64,000 nt of DNA from Vicugna vicugna (taxonomy: Eukaryota): assembly GCA_013265495.1 (NCBI GenBank), contig MU063255.1, positions 928,502 through 992,501 on the forward strand, written 5' to 3'. This document shows positions 35,366 through 47,143 of the stretch, piece by piece. Each line of letters begins with the position of its first letter. Within the stretch, counting starts at the first letter, position 1. The position numbers were made by a program, and so were the translations under genes. Below the pieces are notes generated by a model, which saw only the letters and a list, made by a program, of their open reading frames with translations, was not told where the DNA came from and searched no databases.

Positions 35366-37579
35366 ATAAACAATAATCTAAATAAACCTAGGAGGCTGGT
35401 ATTATTATTTCTCATGACATGCGAGGAACGGAAGTTCACAGACATGAAATAACGTGCCCAAGATTAGAGCTAATAGAGTTACTAGGGTTAAAAATTCCAA
35501 GTCTTCGCTTCTTCCACTGGTTAGAGCGGGTTCACCAATGGAAACAGACAACTGGGAACTATAAAGGATGTTACCGACGCAAAGTAGGAGCTCTCTGGCT
35601 CCCCAGTTGTTGACATGCATTCGTGTTGGGGAGGAGCCAGAATCCTGACCATCGCTCCCCTGCAGGCAGACCAAGGGCACTGCAGGGAGAGTCAGGGTCA
35701 AGGGCCGCAGCAGGACGTGCCTGCCTTTGAGGGGGCCACTCTCCCACCCCATGATCTGCTGGCAGGGGGCCGTGGGGTGGGCCTCCCTTTTTCATTACTT
35801 CCCTGCTGAGGGAGTAAGGGCTAATGGACTGTCAGTCCAGGGGGATAGTCTGCGGCTCCACACAGCTCACGCCTCAGCCTCCAGGCCTGAACTGTGACCT
35901 GTGCCCCTCGCACAAGGCCATCACCCACCCCTGAGACGGCTGGCATTAAGATTCCCTCATTACTGGCCATGCAGAGTGTTCCCAGCGATAATGAGATGGC
36001 AAGAGAGGAGGCTGTCCTGGGGGAGCTTCCAAGAGCCAAGCCTTCGACAGTGGCTGAGTTCCTCACCCGCCGTTTTAGAAAATTTCTCTCTAAATTACCA
36101 GGAATAATTTTCTCCAGGGAAACTCTGACCCTTCTCTTTGTCTTTCTTCTTATACTACGTACCCAAAGACACTTAACTCGGTACCTACTCACCGCTTCCT
36201 TCCTGCCATCTCTGTTTTTCTCTCCACCCCTCCCTGCATCCTTCTCTTCTTTCCCCCTGTGTTTTCTCTTTTTTTCCTCCTTTATTCTTCTGCTTCTTCA
36301 CATGACATAGTGGCACATGCTTTGGAGCCAGATACATTAGGGACTCAAATCCAGCTCTGGTCCCTGGTAGCCAAGGATTGGGGCACATTTCTTAACCTTT
36401 TGGAGCTTCTGTTTTCTTACCTGCAAATTGAGACTCAGAGTCTCAGGATTTTGAGATTATTAAATGAGTTCATTTATATGAAGAGGCTTGTAAAGTATGT
36501 GGGCACATAACTGGCAGAGAATAAATGCGGGGACCTTCTGCTGGTCAGCAAAGCTTTATTAGAGTTGAGTCTTTGTCAGGCAAACACTGGGGGACAAAAT
36601 AAAACTTGGTTTCCTCTCCCAAGGAACTTTCTCAGTTTGATACTGAAGAAAAGCCAGGGAATTTTGGATTTTTTAAAACTAAATGAAGATAATAGTTTTG
36701 CCCAGTGTATATCAAGTATTTAATGGGATATAACTTTTTTTTTCTAAAGCCAAGCAAATGAGGGTAAAGGACACCATGAGAACTGAAATGGTCATATAGT
36801 CCAAACCACTTACATGGGCTGAAGCCTTGCCCCCTGCATAGAACACATCTGCAGAAAGGATAAATGAGATTTTTTTCTATTGATTTTATTTCCTATTGAT
36901 TTTTTTTCTAATGCAGACTTATGAACTACTTTAAATCCCTCTGACACTAGAAAGAATATGAATAAGGTAACAAACATCAGAGTTTTATTTGCATCTTTAA
37001 AATTACTAGTGAGGTTGAACACATTTCCATATTAGCTTTCAGCTCTGCTCTGCCAGTACCTATTTTATGACTTTAACTGGTTACTCTCCATCTGGTATCT
37101 TCTCCTCCATACTGTGAGCTTCCAGAGAACAGAACCTGAGCATTATTTATCTTTGCATCCTTTGTGCAGTATGGTAAAGTATGTCAGACTGAGTGGGTGT
37201 CGCATAAAAGTGCTCCTGCCATATGCCAGGCAAGGATGCTGGGGACAGAGAGGTGGGAGGCTCCCAAGGATACAGTCTAAATCCCGTGATGCCTGTACTG
37301 TATGGACCACTCACTGAATGAAGGAAACTGATCTGGTGCTGGCAGCCTTGGTTCCAAGCCCAACTCCATCACTTATTGGTTGTGTGGCCTTGGGCAAAGT
37401 TGCTCCATCTCTCTGAGTCTGTTTCTTTAGCTATAAAGACATTCTCAGTAAGCACAAACAACCCTCCTAATTCTTACCATGACATGCTATCTATGCAACA
37501 TATTTATAGGCTGAAAGATTATATTCAAATGTTAGCTTTTTTGAACATTTTGCTATATTATTCTATGGATTGTATCGAG

Positions 37580-37814
37580 CAGTGCCGTCCAATAGAAATA
37601 TAAAGCGAGGCATGAATGAGCACCAAGTGTATAATCGTAAACTTTCCAGGAGGCACATTTAAGTGAGTAAAAAGAAAGAGGCGAAATTAATTTAAACAGT
37701 ATATTTTCTATAACTGAATATACCCATACATCGTCATTTTAACACATAGCACTAATTACACTGCAAGCACGCAGTAGCCATCGTGGCCCATTGGCTACCA
37801 TGTTGGACAGTGTG
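37580..37814 (+). mobile_element. MER33-like hAT-Charlie MITE, internally deleted
   Basis: Termini cagtgccgtccaatagaaatataa...tggctaccatgttggacagtg. Confidence 0.75.
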
Positions 37815-38110
37815 GCCTGGGGGAAGCCAGCCTTTCTTGCTGCTGATGCCCGCTGCTGGATGTACAAATGAGTGCATCTCATAGACTGGGTGGGATGGTA
37901 CAACGAAGCCCCCAGCCTGGGGGTCCTGCTAACCATGATTACATATCCAAATCTGAAGACCCTCATGACATTCCACTCATGTGAGAAATACAGGCTCTTC
38001 CACTGACGCTGTCTCAGGCCAGGAAGTCAACCAGGTCACATCTCTGTCTGAGTTGAAAGTCAAGTCAAAGACTGCCAGAATCCAGAAAAAAGAAAACACA
38101 AATGACCCAC

Positions 38111-38214
38111 ACTATGTCTGTGGGCCTGTTTCTGTTTTGTAGATGAGTTCACAGCGACCAGCTTTATTCTTCCTGCCTAATTTCGACCCTGTCTTTCTTC
38201 CCTTCAGTGTTAAC
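38111..38214 (-). repeat. Perfect 104-bp inverted copy of 39835-39938
   Basis: A base-by-base reverse-complement check shows 104/104 identity. It is flanked by the direct repeat acccacact (38105-38113 and 38217-38225). Confidence 0.97.
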
Positions 38215-39888
38215 CCACCCACACTTCCGCACTTCTTCCCGATGATAATTATGCTCAGAGGCATTCAGCAGCCACGATGAAAGACTCTCCAGGGCCTTTC
38301 GAGTCATTAGGGAGAAAACTGATTGTCTGGTGCATTTTGCAAATTAGTACCAAGCATTTGACATATGCTGGGACCTCCTAGTAAGAAGAACACTCAATTT
38401 GCTAAAAGAAAACTCATTGTGGAACAGTGGGAAGAACATGGATTTTGGAGTCACACTTGGATTTGACTCTTAAATATGTCATTTGCTACGTGACTTTGAG
38501 TTTGAAACTTAATCTCTTGGGACTCAGCTTCCACATCTGAAAAGTATAAATAATCACTCTTAGTTTGCAGGATATTCTTAGTATTAAATGATGATTATTT
38601 ACTCAATGAATATTTAATAAGTACATATTCCACGCCAAGCATTGCAGAAGGTGCCATATATACAACAGGAAACAAGACAGAATCCATCTATTCCTTCGTG
38701 GGGCTTCTAGGGTGGTGGGAAAAACAATATTTTTAAAACCATTAGTGTTTGAAAAGACAACATGGGAGCATGAAGTTGGAAACCTTATGGGGTTGTTCTC
38801 AGGCAGGGCCTCCTGAAGAAGTGATATCAAATAGAGACCATAACAATGAGTAGAAATCACCTGGACCAAGGATTGCACGGAGAGGTGTGGAGGGGGATAG
38901 GGCAGCATTCCAGGCAGACTGCGCATGTGCAAAGACCCCGAGGCAAGAGAGAGCATGATTCATTCAAGGACCTAAAAGCAGTTTGGCCCAGAGCAGAAAG
39001 AGGAAACCAACGGGGCTAGAGATTAATTGACCAGGTCCAGCAGCCTCTCATGAGCCTGAAAGGGTTTAAGCCTACATTAAAAAAAAAAAACAAAAAAAAC
39101 CAGGGAACTACTGACAGATATAAAATAGGAGAGTCATTATTGTATTTTCTGAAACTCTTTCTGGCTACACTGTAAGGCGTGGATTCAGTGATGGTATGAA
39201 GAACAAGGTGAAGGCTATGGCGGGAATAAGGGTGAAATCTGAGGGATTTTAGATACGACATGCGCTAAATGTGTGATGAAGAGGAGGGGATTAATCTAAG
39301 TAACATTTTGGGGAAGAAAAGAGAATTAACCGGATTGCTTTATCTACTTGAGTTGCTCAGTGGCATGTGGCTGGTGGGTTTTGCCTGGCTCTGTGCCATC
39401 CCGAAACAGCCACAGTCCATTCAGGAACGACTTCCTGATGCCCTACTACATGCCACGTGTTGACCTAGGTGCTGAGATACCACGGCAACAAATTCCAGAA
39501 TTCCAGCCCTCGTGGAACTTATAGTCTCTCAGAAATAGGGTCAGGATAATGCATACAAGTAGCTGCCACGTGGCAGGCACCAAAGAGAACTGACTCCCTC
39601 TCCTCTTCCCTTTCCTAATGGTGATGGAAAGAAACCTAATTCCTGTATTTACATTTCCATCACTCTCTATGAAATCACTCTACAAGCTACAGCAACCCTG
39701 CGATTCCATGTGAAAGCTGGATAGTCCCATGGTGTCCTCCACACTCCGTGGGGAGCACTAGGTTTGAATCTTCCTTCCCTTCGTCTCACCTAGCCCTGGT
39801 CCCACATGCTGCCTGTGGTCATTTTCACCGGGACGTTAACACTGAAGGGAAGAAAGACAGGGTCGAAATTAGGCAGGAAGAATAAAGC

Positions 39889-40207
39889 TGGTCGCTGTGA
39901 ACTCATCTACAAAACAGAAACAGGCCCACAGACATAGTAAACAATCTTACGGTTACCAGGGGAATGCGGGTGGGAAGGGATAAATTTGGGAGTTTGATAT
40001 TTACAAATGTTAGTCACTATATATAAAATAGATTAAAAAAAACTTTCTGCTGTATAGCACAGAGAACTGTATTCAATATCTTATAATAACTTTTAATGAA
40101 AAAATATGAAAGCGAATATATGTATGTATATGCATGACTGGGACATTGTGCTGTACACAAGAAATTAACACATTATAACTGACGGTACTTCAATTAAAAT
40201 AAAAAAG
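39889..40207 (+). mobile_element. 5'-truncated L1 3'UTR with poly(A)
   Basis: 'gaactcatctacaaaacagaaacag...gggtgggaagggataaatttggg...gtatagcacagagaactg...acttcaattaaaataaaaaa'. TSD gaataaagc at 39880-39888 and 40208-40216. Confidence 0.9.
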
Positions 40208-41812
40208 GAATAAAGCCAGAACTAGAAGTCAGGGCTTTCTTCTTGCCAAACATGAACTACACACCAGCACCACGCTGGTCCTTTAAACCACAAATCCCCA
40301 GGTATGGCATTATCATCCCCATTTGATGGATGAACACACTGAGTCCTACAAAGCTTTCTGGGATGAGAGGCTGGTCTGTCTGACTTGACGTGGCTAACCT
40401 GTGTTTCCACCTTCGCCCAGATACACGTCAACTGGGAAGGCTCTTAATCCTGAATCTCTTTTCACATCATTTTTACAATCAGGGTTAAAATGTCAATTTT
40501 TCCAGTTTTTCTTTTTTTGGTAGATCAAAACCCATGATATATGTAAAGTGCTTGGGGCACTGAATAATTATCAGTAAATTTTAGCTGCCTTTGCTCCTTC
40601 TATTTCCCTATTAAGAGATAACAGAGCAGCTCCTAAATCTACAAAAAACAAACAAATAAACAAAAAACAAAAAACATTACTCCTGGCTTAAAGATTCTAC
40701 CGGTGCAAAGTATTCTTTCCACTTCTCCATCCGTTTTCATAATCTCATGCCATTCATTCTTGGTCCAGGTTTTTTGGCCTCAGTTCCGTAAGGCCTCTCG
40801 GATCCCACGCTTCTGCCGGCAGATATTCACGGGGAGCCCAGTTCCTCTATTTACAAGCACAGGCCAAGCACTGATGAGAAGTATTTACACGCTACGGGCT
40901 GAGAAACCCACAAGTCCTGACTGCAATGCAGAAAGGGCTGCCTGCAGGGCTGCTGGTTACAGCTGGACGTAAAACCCATTATCAGCTCATTGGCTGCTTG
41001 GACATAAAACTGCTTGGTCCTGCAAAGATATTTCCCCACTGAGGGGATAAGTTTAATAAGAACCACAGATGACAGTAAAAAGCACATTTATTCCCTATAA
41101 CCTACAGAAAGTCTTTATTGCATATAGGATAAATAACAGGGCTCTGTGAAGCATTGGTCAGCAATTCCACAGAGGAGGTTTGGGGGCATAGAACACAGTG
41201 GGGAGAAACTGCTGTTTGAAAATCCAGGCCCCAGAGCTGAAGAGGCAAAGGGAGAAGATGAGCTTTCCTGTGAAAGAGACGACAACCCGCTGTCAGGCAA
41301 TGGTCCAGCACGGCCACACACTCGAGGCATGGGCAGTCTTTCTACTCAGTGGCAGGTGGCCCAAGGCAAGATTACCAAGCAATGAGAACATCATCTTGTC
41401 TAATCATTATTTTCAAAACGACACCATAACCCATCTTTCTACTGCACCCTTACAATCACGTGGGAGAAACACAATGGGGATTCTTATTCCCATTTTACAG
41501 ATGGGGAGACAACATTAACATCAGATGTCCAGGACTGCAGGATGTGCTGCTGTGTCATGCAGAACACGGTCCTTTAAAGACCATGGGCTCTGTGGACCTG
41601 GCTCCTGCCACCCCTCTGACCTCAGTTCCCACGGTGCTGCCTCCTTGCTGTTTCCCCAGTGCTGCCGTGGGCTCCAGCCTCAAAGCCTCCACCCTTGTTC
41701 TTCCCTCCACCTGGAACCATCCTGCAGGCATCAGAATGGCTGCCTCCCTCAACCCCATTCAGATGTCTGCTCCAATATCACTTTCTCAATGATCCTTCTT
41801 GCCTCTGTATTT

Positions 41813-42533
41813 TTATACTTGAAGTATAGTTGATTTATGGTGTTTTGGTAGTCTCTGATGTACAGCATAGTGATTCAGTTACACACACACACACATAAAT
41901 ATCTGTATTCCTTTTCATATTCTTTTTCATTATAGGTTACTACAGGTATTGAATATAGTTCCCTGTGCTATACAGTTGGACCTTGCTGTTTATCGATTTT
42001 ATATACCTACAAATCTCAAATTACCAATTTATCCCTCCCTGCCTTTCCCCCATAAGTTTGTTTCCTATGTCTGTGAATCTGTCTTTGTTTTGTAAATAAG
42101 TTCATTTGTGTCCTTTTTTTTTTTTAAGATTCTACATATAAGTGATATCAAAGTGATATCATATGGTATTTGTCTTTCTCTGTCTGGCTTACTTCAGTTA
42201 GCCTGATAATCTCCAGGTCCATCCACATTGCTGCAAATGGCATTATTTCATTCCTTTTTACGGCTGAATACTATTTCATTGTGATACACACACACATATG
42301 TAAAATATGTAAAATCACAACTTCTTTATCCAGTCATCTGTAGACGGACATCGTTTCGGTTGCTTCCATGTCTTGGCTATTGCAAATAGTGCTGCTATGA
42401 ACATTGGGGTGCATGTATCTTTTCAAATGAGAGTTTCCTCCAGATATACTCCCAGGAGTGGGATTTCTGGATCATAGGGTATGTTTACTGTTAGTTTTCT
42501 AAGGGATCTTCATACTGTTTCCCATAGTGGCTG
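41813..42533 (-). mobile_element. 5'-truncated L1 (ORF2 end plus 3'UTR) inserted into an L2a
   Basis: Reverse L1 3'UTR followed by ORF2-derived 'ggctattgcaaatagtgctgctatgaacattggggtgcatgtatc'. TSD ctgtattt at 41805-41812 and 42534-42541. L2a continues on both sides. Confidence 0.9.
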
Positions 42534-42544
42534 CTGTATTTCAA

Positions 42545-42790
42545 CTTGCAACCCCCTCCCAAGTATTCCCTCTCTCTCCTTCCTGCTTTGTTTCATCCAC
42601 ATCACTGATCACTTTCCGACCGTCTATCTTCCTCATCTGTTTGTTATTGTCTGTTTCCCCCACAGCATGTAAGCTCCACAAGGGCAGAGAGCTTCGTTTG
42701 CTTTGTTGGCCACTCCCAGCTAGACCAATGATGGGCACATACCAGAGAGTCACAAATGCACGTTGAACGGGTCAGTGAACGAATGAACGA
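42545..42790 (+). mobile_element. L2a 3' end
   Basis: 'atgtaagctccacaagggcagagagc...gggcacata...gtgaacgaatgaacga' is an L2a terminus. Confidence 0.75.
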
Positions 42791-43853
42791 CTTATTGCTG
42801 TTCGGAGTGACTGGCCAAGGCCTTCAAGGGAGGCCCCACTGCAACAGACTGCTGTTCAGTGCTGTTCATGATAACAGCAGCAGTAGTGGGTGCTGCTCAC
42901 TGAGTATTTATCACAAGCGCCATGCACGGTGTTAAGCACGTAAGTTGTACTGGTCCGTATAAGCTTCTCAGTCACCCCACGAGGAGGCAGGTGCCCAGAG
43001 GCACACAGCTGCATGGAGACACAGTGAGTTAGTGATGTGAACGCAAGCCTGTCTCATTCTTAATGTTAGGTTGTATCGTCTTTCTCACTACAATCTAATG
43101 CGCCTGTTTTCTGTCTCTTAGGCTCTGCCTTTTCATCCATGTTCGAGTGCAAGATGCTGTCTGTCTGTCTCTCCACATCCACTCTCCAGTCCTCTCTGCT
43201 CAGCTCAGCACCCCACGAGGCTGCGGGCTATGTCAGTGGGCCCTCTTGTCCTCTGGGGTCCAGTCAGGGCACTCATCTGGGGCCTCAGCAAGAGGCCAGA
43301 GGGAAGGAAGACTCAAGGCACCCATTCTCCTGGCTGCCTCCGTCTGTGGTCGCCCTGGACTGGCGGCCGCCCTCAGCCAAAGGCCACAGTTCCTCTCAAG
43401 GTGGCCCTCTTCACACTATGTCCTGGTCTGGGTTTCAGTACCTGCTCCCTATCTACACCTTTCAGACCCATGGCTGGTAACAGCCCGGTACCCTGCTCTG
43501 TCTCACATGGTTTCCCCCTGCCTTGCTCACACCTCCGTAAACAGTCCCTTCAATAAACCTTCCTTGAATTAATCCCAACCAAGCCTGCCATCTGCTTCCT
43601 GCTGGAGCCCTGTCTGATGACACACTCAGTGAACTCTGGGCTCTGAGTTTCCCTCTGGTCTCACTCAGTCTCATTCTCCCTGCTTCAGAGGGAGTCTGCA
43701 TCTTATACACGCGTACATCTTACTCAGTCCTCCATACACTAACTGCTCGGGAGTGTTGGCTTGTGATTATTCCTTATTACTAATCCTTTCATAATCAGGG
43801 TCCTACCTTGGTTTCATTCTCGTTCATTTCCACTCCCCTTGGTCCCCCTCACT

Positions 43854-44256
43854 GCCCTGGGCTGAATAGTGTTCCCTCAAAATTCATTTCTACCCAGAAC
43901 CTCAGAAGGTGACCTTATTAGGAAACAGGGTCCTTGCAAATGTCATTAGTTAAGTTAAAATGGAGTCAGACTGTATAGGGGGACCCTCATCCAATGCCCC
44001 GTGTCCTTATAAGAAGCGAAAACAGAGACACATGCAGAGGGAAGACAGCCATGTGAAGACAGAGGTGGAAATCGGAGGGATGCAGATGGAAGAAGCCAGG
44101 TTATGTTCTTCCCCAAAACCTTCAGAGAGGGCATGGCCCAGCTAGCACCTTGGGTTTGGACTTGGAACCTTTAGAACTGTGAGAGAATACATTTCTATGG
44201 TTTGAAGCCACTCAGTATGTGATATTCCGTCACAGCAGCCCTAGGAAACTAGTACC
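43854..44256 (+). mobile_element. MLT1B/C MaLR solo LTR
   Basis: 'ggctgaatagtgttccctcaaaattcat...gtccttataagaag...gccatgtgaagacagaggtggaaatcggagggatgcag...agaactgtgagagaatacatttc...agcagccctaggaaacta'. Confidence 0.88.
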
Positions 44257-45654
44257 CCCACCGACTGCGCTTCCTGGCTCGCCTGCACTCTGAGTTCCCA
44301 CGGTGGACACGCTCTGTCTCTAAGTTTGTCATAAGCACTGCTACTCCCTGAGATTCGAAGCATCCTCTCCCCGATCTCCACTTGGCCACCTCCCACCTGT
44401 CAATTTCTCCCATCGAGGCACGTCATCTATGAGGTCTGCCCGACCCTCTAAGTCCAGCTTGGGGAAAATTCTCCTCTGAGTTGCACAATGTCCTGAATTG
44501 TCACCGTCATGGCACCCATCACATCATGCAACAGCTATGAGCCTGGCTGTTCATACACTGTCAGATTTGTGAGGACGTTATGACCCTGTCTCTTCTTAGC
44601 TGTACGCATGGTACCTAGCACGTTTGCTGACTAACGCTCACTGAGTGCTTACTACATGCTGGGCACTGTGCTAAGCACTTCATTTGTGTTAACTCATTTA
44701 CTGCTCCTTGCTACCCTGTGAGGTAGGTCCCATTAATTTCCCCATTTTATAGTTGGCTGCGATGGAAAGCATGGGCTGAGACAGCCAGGGGCCCATCTGC
44801 ATTATTCTTGGCATTTTTCCAGGTGTACTTTGCAATTTCACCAGCAAAACTCATCATATGATTTCGGTTTCCAAGTGCAAATCCATCTTTGCCTTAAACT
44901 CATTTATGCCGCCCGCTCCCACTCTATCACCCATGCTCGATCATTGCGTGGTGCGATAACCCTCTGCCGGCCTCTGAACGGTTTTCCCAGTAATCAAGGA
45001 GGCGCAATTGATTCCAAGTGTTAATATTTGCTCACCACTGAGACCATCCGGGGGCTTCATCATTCATAGCAATGCTACCGCCTGGAGCTCCGGGCACGCG
45101 GGACTCTCGGAAGCTGCCGTGCAAGCCAGTGATGGAAGACACAAAAGCTTATCATGTAAAGATGTGCACCCTCTCCCCTAAGCTGGGCTTTCCAGCATAC
45201 AGATGAGAAGAGGTTTAAAGTAACATAAGTGGAAATTGGATACCTGTGCAAGCCACTGAATCCTGGAGTTCCTGATTCCCCATTCATTTATTCGACTGTC
45301 ATGTATTAAATAAGTGCTCTGTGTCAGGCATTCTGCTAGACGCTAAAAACACATGCAAAACAAAAGGCAGGAGTCATTTTATCGTCTTCCTGGCCTCAGG
45401 TAGGACCACATGGGCTGCCTGATGGCCACCTGCTCTATCTCAGTGCCTTTAAGACAACTGGACTGACTTAACAGAGAAAAGTGAGGAATTTATCAGGGCC
45501 ATTTGCAGTGAAAGTTTCATCCCCACCTGCTTGCTCCAAACACAGCCCCTCCCACCCTGCCTCCCTCACTCCGTCCTGTCTCTCAGCATGAATTGCTGTT
45601 TTAGGATCCTCTTCTTTCTTCCCTGGGCTGTTCAATGCCATCACGCCTTCCCTG

Positions 45655-45935
45655 TAAGTATCATAATGGAGTGGCCATGAACGTGAATGCTGGAGGCAGG
45701 CTGCTGGGTTGAGTCCAGCTCAGCTACACTCCAGTTATAGAGGCTGCGGGAAGTCACTGAAACCCCAGGTGCTTCAGTTTTTTCATCCATAAAATGGTGA
45801 TGAAAATGACAGTGACAATTGCTTTGGAGAGTTGTTGAGACAACTGAATGAGCTACCAGGCAAAGTGTTTAAAACCTTGCCTGACCCATAGTAATCACTT
45901 AATAGACAGATGCTAATTCTATTATTAATAATGTT
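45655..45935 (-). mobile_element. MIR SINE, near full length
   Basis: 'gcttcagttttttcatccataaaatgg...aaagtgtttaaaaccttgcctgacccatagtaatcacttaata'. Confidence 0.75.
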
Positions 45936-46881
45936 GCTGTTACCTGATTGGTGCTGGAATCACACAGGAGAGTGCCACTGTAAATCTGGTCACCTCCTTC
46001 TATTTATTTGTTTAACAAATACGCATCAGTCAGGCACTAGGTCCTATGTTGAGATTGATGGGAGGTATAGAGGCAAATAAGACAGAGTCCTGGCCTTCAA
46101 GGAGCACACAGTCTAATGGGTAGACAAGCAAGGAAGGATGACGGATAGCTCAGTGTATGCGGTGGAGTCCCTTACATGTCCATCATTTTTAATCCTTCCA
46201 ATAGCCCCATGGAGCAGGCCCTCATGATTGTCATCCCCATTTAACAGATGAGAAAATGGAGTCAGAGTGAGGTTAAGCAATTTCCCCAAGGTTACATGGC
46301 GAGGAAGTGGCAGAGAGAGGCTGCAACCCAGGCAGGTGGCTCCAGCACTGATGCTTACAGCCCACGGGCTGTGCTGCTGTCCCAACGCTGAGGACTGTGA
46401 TGGGAAAACTTCCTGGGAGCATCTGGGAAGGCTGCACCAAGGAGATGGATGTTGGGCACGTGAGAAGGGTTTTTCGTGCAGCGCAGGGGCGGGCACACCG
46501 AGCCAGAGCAGAGCAGAGAGGGCGCAAAGGCGTTCAGGGGAAGTTGGTTTGTCTAGGGATGGCAGAAGCCAGCGTCCCTGTGCTGGGGGACAGTGGAAGT
46601 GGGCGGTGGGGGTGTGGGAAAGGAGCTGAGGGTTAGGTGGAGTCCAGGTTAAGGAGTCCGGACTTTTTCTTGAAGCCAGTTGGGGCTTACTTGCTAAAAG
46701 ACATGGTTAGACCTTGAATTTAGAGGAAAATAAATAAAACCAATGTTCAAACAGTCTCTGAGAGGGCCCTCTAACCTGAGGAGCAGGTAGAGAAGAGAGC
46801 CAGGTTGGTGACCCTGATTCTCTGCATTATGGTACGTGCTGCGACAGAAAGGGCATAGCGATTTGTTGAGACAGGCCAGAG

Positions 46882-47143
46882 TTTTGTTTGTTTTTATTGA
46901 AGTATAGTTGATTCACAATGTTGCCTTAGCTTTAGGTGTACAGAGAAGTGATTCAGTTATACATATATATACACATTCTCTTTCAAGTTCTTTTCCACTC
47001 TAAGTTATCACAAGATATTGAATAAAATTCCCTGTGCTATACAGTAGGTCCTTGTTTATCTATTTTATATATAGTAGTGTGTAACTGTTAATCACTCCCT
47101 CCCCTCCTTTCCCCTTTGGTAACCGTAGTTTGTTTTCTATGTC
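46882..47143 (-). mobile_element. 5'-truncated L1 3'UTR
   Basis: 'tttttattgaagtatagttgattcacaatg...ccctgtgctatacagtaggtcc...ccctttggtaaccgtagtttgttttctatgtc'. Degenerate TSD agacaggccag / agacagaccag. Confidence 0.88.
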
